From positions 8,186,001 through 8,250,000 of the forward strand of contig CM075989.1 of the NCBI GenBank assembly GCA_038087875.1: a stretch of 64,000 nucleotides of DNA. The letters run 5' to 3'. The number at the start of each line of letters is the position of its first letter. Within the stretch, counting starts at the first letter, position 1. Of the stretch, positions 25,454-37,748 are shown piece by piece. Position numbers and translations under genes: made by a program. The notes beneath the pieces were generated by a model. It ran no database searches. It had not been told where the DNA came from and was given only the letters and a program-made list of their open reading frames with translations. The stretch comes from Malacoraja senta (Eukaryota).

Positions 25454-27063
25454 GAGGGGCTTGCAAAAGTTTTCATACCCCTTGAACTTTTCCACATTTT
25501 GTCACGTTACAACCACAAACGTAAATGTATTTTATTGGGATTTTATGGGATAGACCAACACAAAGTGGTGCATAATTGTGAAGTGGAAGGAAAATGATAC
25601 ATGGTTTTCAAATTTTTTTACAAATAAAAAACTGAAAAGTGTCACGTGCAAAAGTATTCAGCCCCCCTGAGTCAATACTATGTAGAACCACCTTTCGCTG
25701 CAATTACAGCTGCAAGTCTTTTGGGGTATGTCTCTACCAGCTTTGCACATCTAGAGACTGAAATTTTTGCCCATTCTTCTTTGCAAAATAGCTCAAGCTC
25801 AGTCAGATTGGATGGAGAGCGTCTGTGAACAGCAATTTTCAAGTCTTGCCAGAGATTCTCAATTGGATTTAGGTCTGGACTTTGACTGGGCCATTCTAAC
25901 ACATGAATATGCTTTGATCTAAACCATTCCATTGTAGCTCTGGCTGTATGTTTAGGGTCGTTGTCCTGCTGGAAGGTGAACCTCCGCCCGTCTCAAGTCT
26001 TTTGCAGACTCCAACAGGTTTTCCTCCAAGATTGCCCTGTATTTGGCTCCATCAATCTTCCCATCAACTCTGACCAGCTTCCCTGTCCCTGCTGAAGCAA
26101 AGCATCCCCACAGCATGATGCTGCCACCACCATGTTTCACAGTGGGGATGGTGTGTTCAGGGTGATGTGCAGTGTTTGGTTTCCGCCACACATAGCGTTT
26201 TGCATTTAGGCCAAAAACTTCAATTTTGGTCTCATCTGACCAGAGCACCTTCCTCCACATGTTTGCTGTGTCCCCCACATGGCTTGTGGCAAACTGCAAA
26301 CGGGACTTCTTATGGCTTTTTTTCAACAATGGCTTTCTTCTTGCCACTCTTCCATAAAGGCCCGATTTGTGGAGTGCACGACTAATAGTTGTCCTGTGGA
26401 CAGATTCTCCCACCTGAGCTGTGGATCTCTGCAGCTCCTCCAGAGTTACCATGGGCCTCTTGGCTGCTTCTCTGATCAATGCTCTCCTTGCCTGTCAGTT
26501 TAGGTGGACAGCCATGTCTTGGTAGGTTTGCAGTTGTGCCATACTCTTTCCATTTTCGGATGATGGATTGAACAGTGCTCCGTGAGATGTTCAAAGCTTG
26601 GGATATTTTTTTATAACCTAACCCTGCTTTAAACTTCTCCACAACTTTATCCCTGACCTGTCTGGTGTGTTCCTTGGGCTTCATGATAGCGTTTGTTCAC
26701 TAATGTTCTCTAACAAACCTCCGAGTCCTTCACAGAACAGCTGTATTTATACTGAGATTAGATTACACACAAGTGGACTCTATTTACTAATTAGGTGACT
26801 TCTGAAGGCAATTGGTTGCACTGGATTTTATTTAGGGGTATCAGAGGAAAGGGGGCTGAATACTTTTGCACGCGACACTTTTTCAGTTTTTTATTTGTAA
26901 AAAATTTGAAAACCATGTATCATTTTCCTTCCACTTCACAATTATGCGCCACTTTGTGTTGGTCTATCACATAAAATCCCAATAAAATACATTTACGTTT
27001 GTGGTTGTAACGTGACAAAATGTGGAAAAGTTCAAGGGGTATGAATACTTTTGCAAGCCACTG
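25454..27063 (-). mobile_element. Full-length Passport-like Tc1/mariner DNA transposon (DD34E)
   Basis: About 210-bp TIRs (25454-25668, 26851-27063) with inner and outer TGCAAAAGTATTCA repeats; TA at 25452-25453 and 27064-27065; 1.6 kb. Confidence 0.95.
25672..26684 (-). pseudogene. Tc1 transposase with two small frameshift deletions and a near-terminal stop
   Basis: MKPKEHTRQVRDKVVEK..; [20 protein letters not shown] with 34 aa between D and E; frameshifts near 26490 and 25990. Confidence 0.93.
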
Positions 27064-27319
27064 TATATACACACATATATATACACACACATATATATAC
27101 ACACACATATATATACACACACACACATATTTATATATACACACACATACATATATATATATATATACATATATCCTGCTACATAAGCATATCTCACCTT
27201 GAGATCAGACGAGACAACTACAGCAACTTCAGCTACAGCAGCAATGACAATTATGTTAGTGGACCAAACTTGCATGTAAAACCTAAATAAAACAAGTGTT
27301 TATTCAGACAATTACAAAC

Positions 27320-27415
27320 AGTCTGAAGAAGGGTTTCGACCTGAAACTTTGCCTATTTCCTTCACTCCATAGATGCTGCCTCACCCGCTGAGTTTCACCA
27401 GCATTTATATCTACC
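27320..27415 (+). mobile_element. pLTR-derived element with degenerate hammerhead core
   Basis: CTGAAGA-AGGGTTTCGACCT-GAAACTTT followed by the pLTR tail. Confidence 0.75.
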
Positions 27416-27417
27416 TT

Positions 27418-28850
27418 TGTTTATACACCACGTTTGGTGTGGCTACATTGGTGACCCCGACGATCCAAATTTGGGATTTGGGATTTCTCCCGACACACGC
27501 AGCCTCGGGAGACCTGATGTCTGCAGCCGCCAACCCGGCCCTACAGTAAGGTATGCCGCAGGCCGCCTGGGTCATGGGGCGGGGTCCAGGCCATGTGTGA
27601 CGGCCGCCAATCTCTCCCGCATGACCTGCCCGGTGCCGACCACCAGGGCTGAGAGACCGCGGCTGCCGCCGCTCCCCCACCAGCTGCTGCCCACTGGAGC
27701 TGAGAGGCCGTGGCTGCCGCCACTCCCCCACCAGCTGCTGCCCACCGGAGCTAAGAGGCCGCGGCAGCCGTCGCTCCTCCACCAGCTGCTGCAGGAGCTG
27801 CGAGTGTAGCAGCCCCCCTGCCCCCAGCATCACCGACGCCCGCCCGACGGCCCCGGGAGCAGGGACAGAGCGGGCCCACCCATTACCCCACCGGCTGCTG
27901 CTCAAGGCCTAGCCACCCGATAGGTCAGGCCTACCTGGGGCGGCTGCCCAAAGACATCCTTCTGCTTCTCACCGACGGCGACCCCGAAGATCCCTGGGCG
28001 CCTCTGCCAGTCGTGAGTCAGCAGTCCCGCGACGGATTCCCCAGCAGCTTCCAGCCTCCGTCGAAGGCGCGGCAGTGCAGCCGGTCTCCATCGACACCGG
28101 CGACGGCGAGTGGAGTCCCTACCTGCAGTGGTGGGACGAGATCCGTCGATGCCGGCCGCCCCGCACGCTTCTTGGATCGCCTTTGAAAGCCGCCTAAGCC
28201 GGCCGCCAAAATGACCGCCGCGGCCGGCCGGAAGCGACGCTCGACCTTCTCCGACTGCCATCAACAGCGCCACCTTCCGGCCAGATGCCGTCACTGCAGC
28301 ATGACCGCCAGCAACAGCGCCACTTCAGGCCAGATGCTGTCACCGCAACCTCCCGTTTTCCAGCACAGCTTCCCACCCTGCACCATGGACAATTTGAACT
28401 TTCCTACCACTTTGCATTTGATTGCTCACTGTAGTTTGTTTTGTTTCTTTTCACTTTTTTACACTGTATCACCACGCCGGGTTTAGCAATCAGCTTATTT
28501 ATTTATTCTTACTTCTTTGCTTGCTTTGTTGCCGACGTCTCCCAGCCGTTGCTGGGGGCCATATTTCTCCTAGCTGGTCGAGGAGATGCGACTATGTCTC
28601 GTCCATCTGATGGCCCACAGCCGGAGCGTCGACTGCACCCGCGGGCCCCAAAGTCCCGACTCACGGCCGGGGTGCCTCCGACCCACAGCAGGACTCAACC
28701 ATGCCTGCACACTTTCACGTAGAAGGTTAGCGCATCCTACTCCTTTCTCCGGTTCTGGGGGGGGGGGGGTTCTGTGGTGTCAGCTGATAGACAGACTACT
28801 TGCGGTCGAACCCTCGTCAGTGGTTACGAGGGCTGTCACGTGACGTCATG
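27418..28850 (+). mobile_element. Non-autonomous Gypsy-like LTR element relic (tRNA-Trp PBS, G-run PPT)
   Basis: LTR end ..GCTACA (27447), PBS TGGTGACCCCGACG 27449-27462 complementary to the tRNA-Trp 3' end; PPT TCT-G13 then TGTGG LTR start at 28773. Confidence 0.7.
27648..27792 (+). repeat. 51-bp GC-rich tandem repeat, about 2.8 copies
   Basis: Unit gctgagagaccgcggctgccgccgctcccccaccagctgctgcccactgga (AERPRLPPLPHQLLPTG in one frame). Confidence 0.9.
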
Positions 28851-31255
28851 GGTTAAGGAGAGGCTGCAGAAGGTTTTCTGGAAAGGTTTAAAACCAGCTA
28901 CGGCAACCAGTCAGGTGACACTCAGTATCAGCAAGGAAATGACTCGCCACAGTTTTGTGCTACGCTTATGAACTGTTTGCCTTCCAGCGTCGCAATGGCT
29001 ATTAAAACCAATAATATGGACTGGTCAGAGTCTTCACCGGCCCGCATGTCAAGAGCTGTGAAAGCCTTTTGGAAAAACTGTCCTGTTGGAGACAGGGAAG
29101 CCCACATAAAGGCAAAAAATGAATATGTGAGCAAGCCAAACTATTTGCGCTGACTAGAGCCTGCACCCTGGCCGAAGGACTATCTGCAAATATTTACACG
29201 GATTCCCAATATGCTTTTGGAGTGGTTCATGATTATGGACAATTATGGAAGAATGGGGGGTTTCTAACCTCTTCAGGGACAGTGATATCTCACAAAAATT
29301 GGTTTCTAATTTGCTACAGGCCATTCAGTTACCCAGTCAGCTTGCTGTTATCAAAGTTAGAGCCCATACTATAGGCCAAAGCCCCAGAGACATAGGAAAT
29401 CGCCTTGCCGACGAGGCAGCTAAGAAAGCTTTTAGGAGTCACCAAATTGTTGTGCCCCACATGCTGTGGCAGACTAAAAATTATACTAGGAAGTCTCCCC
29501 TGGAAAAAGGAAGTACTTCAGGTACCCAAACTTCAGGTACCCAAGGAAGCCAACCATCCAGGAAGTACTTCAAATATAGGAGGACGATCCTGCCCAGGTA
29601 AAACAGCTGTGGCAGGACTAGGGTTGTGTGGTACGATCCTGTCACTAGCTTGTGGGTTACGCCTGCCAGCAAGACTTGCGTTGTGGGTTATTGAATGTGT
29701 ACACTTTGCAACTCATTGTGGTGCCAAGGCCGTACGTGATATGCTTTTAGAGACCCGGTGGCATCCAAAACCTCTGGACTTGTCCCAGCGTATCTGCCAG
29801 CGATGTCTGATTTGCCAGCAGCATAATCCAGCTAAGGACTGGCCCTGTGAACCAGGTAAGACCCCTTTACCAGCAGGTCCCTTTGAGACTTTGCAAATGG
29901 ACTACATTGAGTTGGAAAGATCTCAGTGTTATATGTTCTTGTAATTGTTGATGTTTTTAGTAAATGGATAGTTATCGTTGGTGCCTCTCATGTGTGTGGT
30001 AGCATTATATTTTTGAATGAATCAGACCAAGAGGAAATATAAAAGATTCAAGGGACTGAGTGGATGATGTTTGAAAGATTCTTTGTGTAACTGATTTTAC
30101 AAAGGATGTGAGTTTATTGCAATAGGCAGAATCAGGGATTGTAAAATGAGCAAATGCAAAGGTGTTGTTAATAAACCATGTATCTGGGGCGTTACTGCGC
30201 TGTATAAAACTGCAGTTGCCGCATGCCTGCCGCTGGGCTGATCCCCTAACACCGCCAGTTCCATCTGGGTGTGAAACCATGTGGATAAATGAAATGGATT
30301 AAAGCATATCCGACCACTGACAATAAAGCCTCTAACGTTGTAAAAATATTATTACGCGAAATCATACCGTGATTCGATGTACCTGCGCGTTTAAGTTCAG
30401 ATAATGGTCCTCATTTTATTGCTGCTATAAACAAAGAAATGTGCCATCAATTACAGATACATCAACAGCTCCATTGTGCGTATCGACCTTAGGTCGCCGG
30501 ATTGGTGGAACGAGCAAACCAGAAATCCAAATTAGCAAAATTAGTGGCACAGACTGGCTTAACATGGTTAAAACTGCTCCCTGTAGCTCTTTTTCAGATA
30601 CGGACCACTCCTTCTGGTACGGCACAAATAACGCCTGCGGAAATCATATATGGTCGACCTTTACAGATGCCATGGAACGACCATGGCCCCCGTGATGGTC
30701 CATTTCCACCAGATTACTGAGGAAATGACATCCTATGTATTAACGTTAATCCGTGCTTTGCGAACTTCTCATTCACGGGTCAGGGCTGCATATGGTGAGT
30801 GCTCAAAGTTCCATCTAATATTGAGCCAGGTTGCTAGGTGCTGGTCAGGAACTGGACGAGTAAGCACCTCAACGCACGTTGGGATGGTAATTTGCAGGTT
30901 CTCCTCACCGCTCCGACCGCAGCCCTTAAATCGAGGGTCGCGCTGCGTGGGTTCACCCGAACCACTGCAAATTGATTGGGGAGACCAATTAAAAGGGGGG
31001 AAGAAGAGTAATTTTATTTTTAATTTAGAGTTTTTTTCGTTTAAGTTTAGTTTTGAATCTTAATAAGTTTAGTTTTTGAATCCTTATTTTGCTATATGGT
31101 TAAGAATATGCAACTGAATACTGGACTGACTGACTGAAGGACGTTTAAATTGAGTGAATTTGTTGTTTAAGCTAATTAAGTAAGAAATTAGCTTTTTGTG
31201 AGGCTTTGCATATTCCAGATAAATCAAAATGAGGCGATTCATCCTGCTATGCATA
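28850..31255 (+). mobile_element. Class I (epsilon-like) endogenous retrovirus fragment: putative gag piece, RNase H, integrase, PPT, probable 3' LTR start
   Basis: ALTRACTLAEG..ANIYTDSQYAFGVVHDYG..W; KVRAH..GNRLADEAAK; H-H-C-C zinc finger; LQMDYI; SSDNGPHF; GLVERAN; PPT AAAAGGGGGGAA near 30991-31002. Confidence 0.88.
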
Positions 31256-32829
31256 GATACATAGAAAATAGGTGCAGTTAGATCATCCAACTCAGTATCC
31301 CGTACCTGCCTTCTCTCCATACCCCCTGATGCCTTTAGCCACAAGGGCCACATCTAACTCCCTCTTAAATATAGCCAATGAACTGGCCTCAACTACCCTC
31401 TGTGGCAGAGAGTTCCAGAGATTCACCACTCTGTGTGAAAACGTTTTTTCTCATCTCGGTCTTAAAGGATTTCCCCCTTATCCTTAAGCTGTGACCCCTT
31501 GTCCTGGACTTCCCCAACATCGGGAACAATCTTCCTGCATCTAGCCTGTCCAACCCCATAAGAATTTTGTAAGTTTCTATAAGATCCCCTCTCAATCTCC
31601 TAAATTCTAGCGAGTATATGCCGAGTCTATCCAGTCTTTCTTCATATGAAAGTCCTGACATCCCAGGAATCAGTCTGGTGAACCTTCTCTGCACTCCCTC
31701 TATGGCTATAATGTCCTTCCTCAGATTTGGAGACCAAAACTGTACGTAATACTCCAGGTGTGGTCTCACCAAGACCCTGTACAACTGCAGTAGAACCTCC
31801 CTGCTCCTATACTCAAATCCTTTTGCTATGAAAGCTAACATACCATTCGCTTTCTTCACTGCCTGCTGCACCTGCATGCCTACTTTCAATGACTGGTGTA
31901 CCATGACACCCAGGTCTCGCTGCATCTCCCCTTTTCCTAATCGGCCACCATTTAGATAATAGTCTGCTTTCCTGTTTTTGCCACCAAAGTGGATAACCTC
32001 ACATTTATCCACATTATACTGCATCTGCCAAATATTTGCCCACTCACCCAGCCTATCCAAGTCACCTTGCAGTATCCTAGCATCCTCCTCACAGCTAACA
32101 CTGCCCCCCAGCTTAGTGTCATCCGCAAACTTGGAGATGTTGCCTTCAATTCCCTCATCCAGCTCATTAATATAAATTGTAAATAGCTGGGGTCCCAGCA
32201 CTGAGCCTTGCGGTACCCCACTAGTCACTGCCTGCCATTGTGAAAAGGACCCGTTTACTCCTACTCTTTTGCTTCCTGTTTGCCAGCCAGTTCTCTATCC
32301 ACATCAATACTGAATCCCCAATACCGTGTGCTTTTAAGTTTGTATATTAAACTCTTATGTGGGACCTTGTCGAAAGCCTTCTGAAAGTCCAGATACAACA
32401 CATCCACTGGTTCTCCCCTATCCACTCTACTGGTTACATCCTCGAAAAATTCTATAAGATTCGTCAGACATGATTTACCTTTCGTAAATCCATGCTGACT
32501 TGGTTCAATGATTTCACCACTTTCCAAATATGCTGCTATCCCATCTTTAATAACTGACTCTAGCAGTTTCCCCACTACCGATGTTAGACTAACTGGTCTG
32601 TAATTCCCCGTTTTCTCTCTCCCTCCCTTCTTAAAAAGTGGGGTTACGTTTGCTACCCTCCAATCCTCAGGAACTACTCCAGAATCTAAAGAGTTTTGAA
32701 AAATTATCACTAATGCATCCACTATTTCTGGAGCTACTTCCTTAAGTACTCTGGGATGCAGCCTATCTGGCCCTGGTGATTTATCGGCCTTTAATCCATT
32801 CAATTTACCCAACACCACTTCCCGACTAA
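31255..32829 (-). mobile_element. Young CR1 LINE, 5'-truncated, RT largely open
   Basis: ORFs 32818-32261 and 32228-31389: YRPVSLTS, QHGF, YLDFQKAFDKVPH, GVPQGSVLGP, KFADDTKL. Confidence 0.95.
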
Positions 32830-32980
32830 TTTAAGAGACAGTTAGACAGGTACATGGATAGGACAGGTTTGGAGGGATATGGACCAAGCGCAGGCAAGTG
32901 GGGCTAGTGTAGCTGGGACATTGTTGGCCGGTGTGGAAGAGTTGGGCCGAAGGGCCTGTTTCCATACTGTATGACTCTAG
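32830..32980 (+). mobile_element. CR1 3' end (second family) abutting the 5' end of the young CR1
   Basis: Same tail as 11840-11930; gggccgaagggcctgtttcc. Confidence 0.8.
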
Positions 32981-33176
32981 GAGCTATCTACCTACATAAC
33001 ATACTGCAAATCATACAGTAGTTGTAGATAGGAGTGGAGTATTTGTAATCCAAGGGAAGAAACCCATAATCAATGAAGTTGCGATGACCTGCAATCTAAA
33101 TGGAATCCAGGATTGTCTAAAGGAAATGTGATAAAATTACCTTTTCACCTCAGGATAAAGCACTATTCATCTACTT

Positions 33177-33550
33177 AGTGGGCAGGACAAAGATAGAATG
33201 TAGTTGGAGACAGTAAGACTGGTGGGAGAACTGGGGAGGGGATGGAGAGAGAGGGAAAGCAACGGCTATTTGAAGTTAGAGAAGTCAATGTTCATATCGC
33301 CGGGGTGTAAGCTACCCAAGCAAAATATGAGGTGCTGTTCCTCCAATTTGCGCTGGGCCTTCAGACTGATTTCAGGGGAGTGGGCAGGACAAAGATAGAA
33401 TGTAGTTGGAGACAGTAAGACTGGTGGGAGAACCAGTCTTACTGTCTCCAACTACGTTCTATCTTTGTCCTGCCCACTCCCCTGAAATCAGTCTGAAGAA
33501 GGGTCTTGACCTAAAACGTCACCCATTCCTTCTCTCCAGAGATGCTGCCT
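33177..33550. mobile_element. Rearranged Penelope 3' fragments with a 67-bp fold-back
   Basis: AQRKLEEQHLIFCLGSLHP..MNIDFSNF on the minus strand; arms 33359-33425 and 33432-33498. Confidence 0.85.
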
Positions 33551-33739
33551 AATAATTTAATATGCTGCCGGAGGGCTGCAATATAATAAGATAAAGGATT
33601 AGTTGCTGCTGCTCAAGTTTGCATTGGACACTGTTGGAGTAAAACAAGGAGGCGAAGAGCACGGAGAACTGAAGTGAGAGGCAATTAGAAGCTTGCTGTT
33701 CTCATTCTGGACTGAAAAGTAGCATTCTGCAGAGAAGAA

Positions 33740-34105
33740 TGTCAGATTGGGAATGAGAGGGAGAGTTGAAGCACTGAGCAACCAGGAGATCAGGTAGGGT
33801 TAAGGCGGACTGAGCGGAGGTGTTCAGCGAAATGATCGCCAAGCTACGCTTGGTCTCGCCGATGTACAGAAGTTGACACCTGGAACAGCGGATACAGTAG
33901 TCGAGGTTGGAGGAGGTGCAAGTGAACCTCTGCCTCATCTGGAAAGATTGTTGGATCCCAATCCCCTGACATCAGTCTGAAGAAAGGTCTCAACCCGAAA
34001 CATCGCCCATTCCTTCTCTTCAGAGATGCTGCCTGTCCCATGAGTTACTCCAGCATTTTGTGTCTACCTTCGATTTAAACCAGCATCTGCAGTTCTTTCC
34101 TACAT
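33740..34105. mobile_element. Penelope GIY-YIG fragment (-) joined to pLTR (+)
   Basis: RQRFTCTSSNL.YCIRCSRCQLLYIGETKR; pLTR with CTGAAGA..GAAAC. Confidence 0.85.
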
Positions 34106-35089
34106 ATTAAATTATTAGCTATAGATAACCACCCTTTCTCCTCCCGCTCCACAGATGCAACTGTATCTCCGTTTCAATGCGTTTCCTTCTATCTCTAGCT
34201 GGGTTTTTTTGTTTTTTTTAAAGCAATTATCAACTTTGTTCTGCACCCTATCACAGGCACCATTTCTGCCTCTCTCCACAATCAAAGACTTATTTTCTTA
34301 GTTTTGCAGTTCCGATGAATGGTGTTTGACCAGAAAAGTAAACTTTGCTCAAGTTGTAAGTGCTTTCAGGATTGCGTGTTTTAGATTTCCAGCAACTGCA
34401 TTATCTTTTCTACTCTAGTTCCCTCTCTCGTCCCTTTCTTAAATAGCAGCATTACATTTACTACATTCCAATCAGCTGGCAGTGTTCCAGGATCCAAGGA
34501 ATTTTAGAAGATGATCACTAATGCATCCACTTATTCAGTAGCCAGTTTTTTTTAGAACCATGGGATACAGGCCATCAGCTCCAGGGCATTTATCAGATTT
34601 TAATTCCCTTAATTTATATATTTTCCCTTCGATGATATTAATAACTTGAAGTCCCTCACTGTCATTAGATAACAAATTTCCCTACATCTCTGCTAGTTAT
34701 TATGTCCTCCACAGAGGCGACAGATGGAAAAAAATGTAATGCTGGAGCAATTTCTTTACTCGCCATTGTAATTTCACCTCGCTCATCTCCAAAAGGTTTG
34801 CTGCTCTATTTTAAATAAATGTATAACTGTGCATGGTAGAAAGACTTTTGTATTTCTTGTTAATGTACTCTCAGTCAACCTTTATGATACTTTTTAGTTG
34901 ATTGTTACGTGTAATCATTCTTTTACATTTTATACCAAGAAAGGTTAGAGCATTTCAACATACTAATGACTCCACTTAATGTGAGAATATATAATAGTCT
35001 CAAAGCATTTCTTCCTGCTTGAACCTGCCTTTGCTCATCCTGTAATAATAGCAGATTTTAAAAGTGACATTATAAGAAATGGTTTAAAA

Positions 35090-36270
35090 ATTTCTTTGAC
35101 AAGATCCCACATAGAATGTCATACAGCATGCAAACAAGCCCTTCGGTCCAAATTGCCCATACGGACCAAGATGCCCATCTACACTGTCCCATCTGCCTAT
35201 GTTTGACCCATATCCCTCTAAACCTTTCCTATCCAGGTACCTGCCCAAATGTCTTTTAAATAATGTTATAGTACCTGCCTCAACAAACTCCTCTGGCAGC
35301 TTGTTTTGGCTTAGCGGAAGAAATCAGAGGGTGGTAGTGGAGGGTTGTTATTCAGATTATAGGCCAATGACCAATGGTGTGCCTCAGGAATCAGTGCTTG
35401 GTCACTGTTAATTGTCATCTATATCAATGATTTCGATGAAAATGTTATTAACATGGTTCATTAGTTTGCAGATGACACCAAAATTGGTGGTATTGTGGAC
35501 AGTAAGGTTCTAAGACTATAATATGATCTAGATAAACTGGGGAAGTGGTCTAAGAAATGGAATTTAACTCCGACTAATGTGAGGTATGCACTTTGTCAAG
35601 TTAAACCAGGGCTTGCACAGTAAATGATAGGACCTTGGAGAGAGTTGCAGGACAGAGACCTAGGGATGCAGGTAACTAGTTCCTTGTAAGCGCCACACGC
35701 GTAGACAGGGTGCTGAAGAAGGCGTTTGATGTATTTCCCTTCATCAGTGAGGGCATTGAGTACAGGGATTGGGACATCACATTACAACTTTACAAATCAT
35801 TCGCGAGCCCACAGGACTCACAGTACAATTATTTGCAGTATTGAGTACTGTATCTGTAGTTCTGGTCGCCCAACTACAGGAAGAATGTCATTACATTGGA
35901 ACAGGTGAAGAATGGATTCATGATGATGTTACCAGGTCTGGAAGGCTTGAATTACAAGAAACTGGGACTGTTTTCACTGGAGCTTAAGAGGCTCATGGCC
36001 ATAGAGATATTCAAAATTATGAGGTTTGTTGGTAAGATGGATGGTTGTGGTCCTTTTCCCCCAGTGTAGCGGAGTCTAAAACTAGAGGCACAGATTTAAG
36101 GTGAGAGGGGAAAGATATTTAAAAAAGGGGACATGATGGGCAACCTTTTCTGACAAAGACGGTGGTAGATACATGGAATAAGCTGCCAGTGGAAACTGTA
36201 AAGGTCCAATTGCAACATTAAAAAAAACATTTAGACATGGGTATGGAAGGTTTAGAAAGGTATGGGCATG
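35090..36270 (+). mobile_element. Old CR1 RT fragment interrupted by an opposite-strand CR1 3' end (about 35112-35302)
   Basis: FDKIPH | WLSGRNQRVVVEG..GVPQESVLG, FADDTKIGG. Confidence 0.75.
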
Positions 36271-37610
36271 TTTCTGTGCCATATAACTATGAATCTAATA
36301 AAATACAATGGTATGCAAAACAAACGGGTTAGTGACGAGTTATGTGATAAGCTGCAAATAATTTAGAGAATAAAATGTCCGTAACTTGACACTGGCGAAA
36401 ATCAACCAATTCATTCCACATGCTTGCACTATCTAGCAACATCCTGAATGCAATAATCTATATCACAGCAGATGTCGACAGATGTTAACTATTTTTACAG
36501 TCGCATATTGCAACAATTATCAGTGATCACATAACCAAATACACTCAGGCAATCGTCATGTTTGTTTCTAACTTCTCTACACCCACACCAGAAACTAATT
36601 TTCTAACCCCAACAACTCCTGAATTCTCTGAAATTAATTTACGGTGCTATCCTCAAAAAGTACTTAAAAGAAAGCAAATTCAATTTGTTCTGCCCAGATT
36701 TCTATTTATTTTTATTCAGCATAAACCTTGCCACATTCTTATGCATTCAAATATCACATTATAAACACCCATTGCCATCAGTTGAGTTTGGTACGTAGGA
36801 AAAAAAAAAGAGTACTTGTATCCATGTGAGAAATAGTATGGGAACACCATCAGAAAAAAATCATTTTAGAACTATCCCTATATTAAATCCAAAATGTGTT
36901 CTTTTGAAATCTACAAATGTAAATAGCAACTCGGATACACAGATGTGCACACAGTTTAGTTCAAATTATTGCTCAGCTTCATCTCCGCAATATACAGATC
37001 ACATGTCAAATCTGCAGTCTAATAGCTTGAACTATATCGAAAAGCAAATCCAAAGTGTATCCTGTAAAGTACACTAACTTAAAATCTACTTAATTTGAAA
37101 GAAATTATTCATAACCATTAGTAGAATTTCAACCAACAGGACTTTGGACAGTACATTTTGCCGATTCATCAACTAACTAACCGTGAAGTCGGGCCGGGGG
37201 AAGCTGGTATTGAGGTTGTAATGCCTAATATATGGCAAGTTAAAAACTTAACATTTGACTGAGGGATCATGGTTGAATTATTCATTAGGAACAGTAAGCA
37301 ATTAGCTGTCATATTGTCCTGAATTTCAAGCTCTGCAAATCACTCATGTTCATATTAAATTAATATCTTAACAGTTGCATGGTTAATGTGGTACAATGAA
37401 CAGAAATAAATAATCAATTTCAAATCAAGAATAACGGCATGTCATTTTCCAACTTTAAAAAGTCTGTTTTCCCTTTTCTTTTGGTCCTCTCCAAAACAAA
37501 TCAAATAAACACTCATTACATTTAGTCACAAAACCAAAATATGCACAATGAAAGAAGATGCCTTCAAAATAAATCATATTTTTTCCCAGAAATAAGTTCA
37601 AAACACTTAC

Positions 37611-37748
37611 TATGGTCAGGTCCCTTATCAGGTAAATGTTAAAATCGATTTGATGTAACTGAATGATCCCCACGTAGACTCTATTCCACACTCTGCATCA
37701 CAACAGTATTTTCCAAAGACATTTCTATAATCTACTCGAGAAGTTCCA
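37611..37748 (-). other. Predicted non-coding exon 3 of an unidentified leftward transcript
   Basis: Acceptor ttatttcag|TGG and donor ATA|gtaagt; stop codons in all three frames. Confidence 0.5.

Noticed and set aside
27411..28722. Multiple overlapping GC-rich ORFs and a second CpG island as a host gene or promoter
   Set aside because: Lies between the PBS and PPT of an LTR element; ORFs are explained by high GC and the minisatellite
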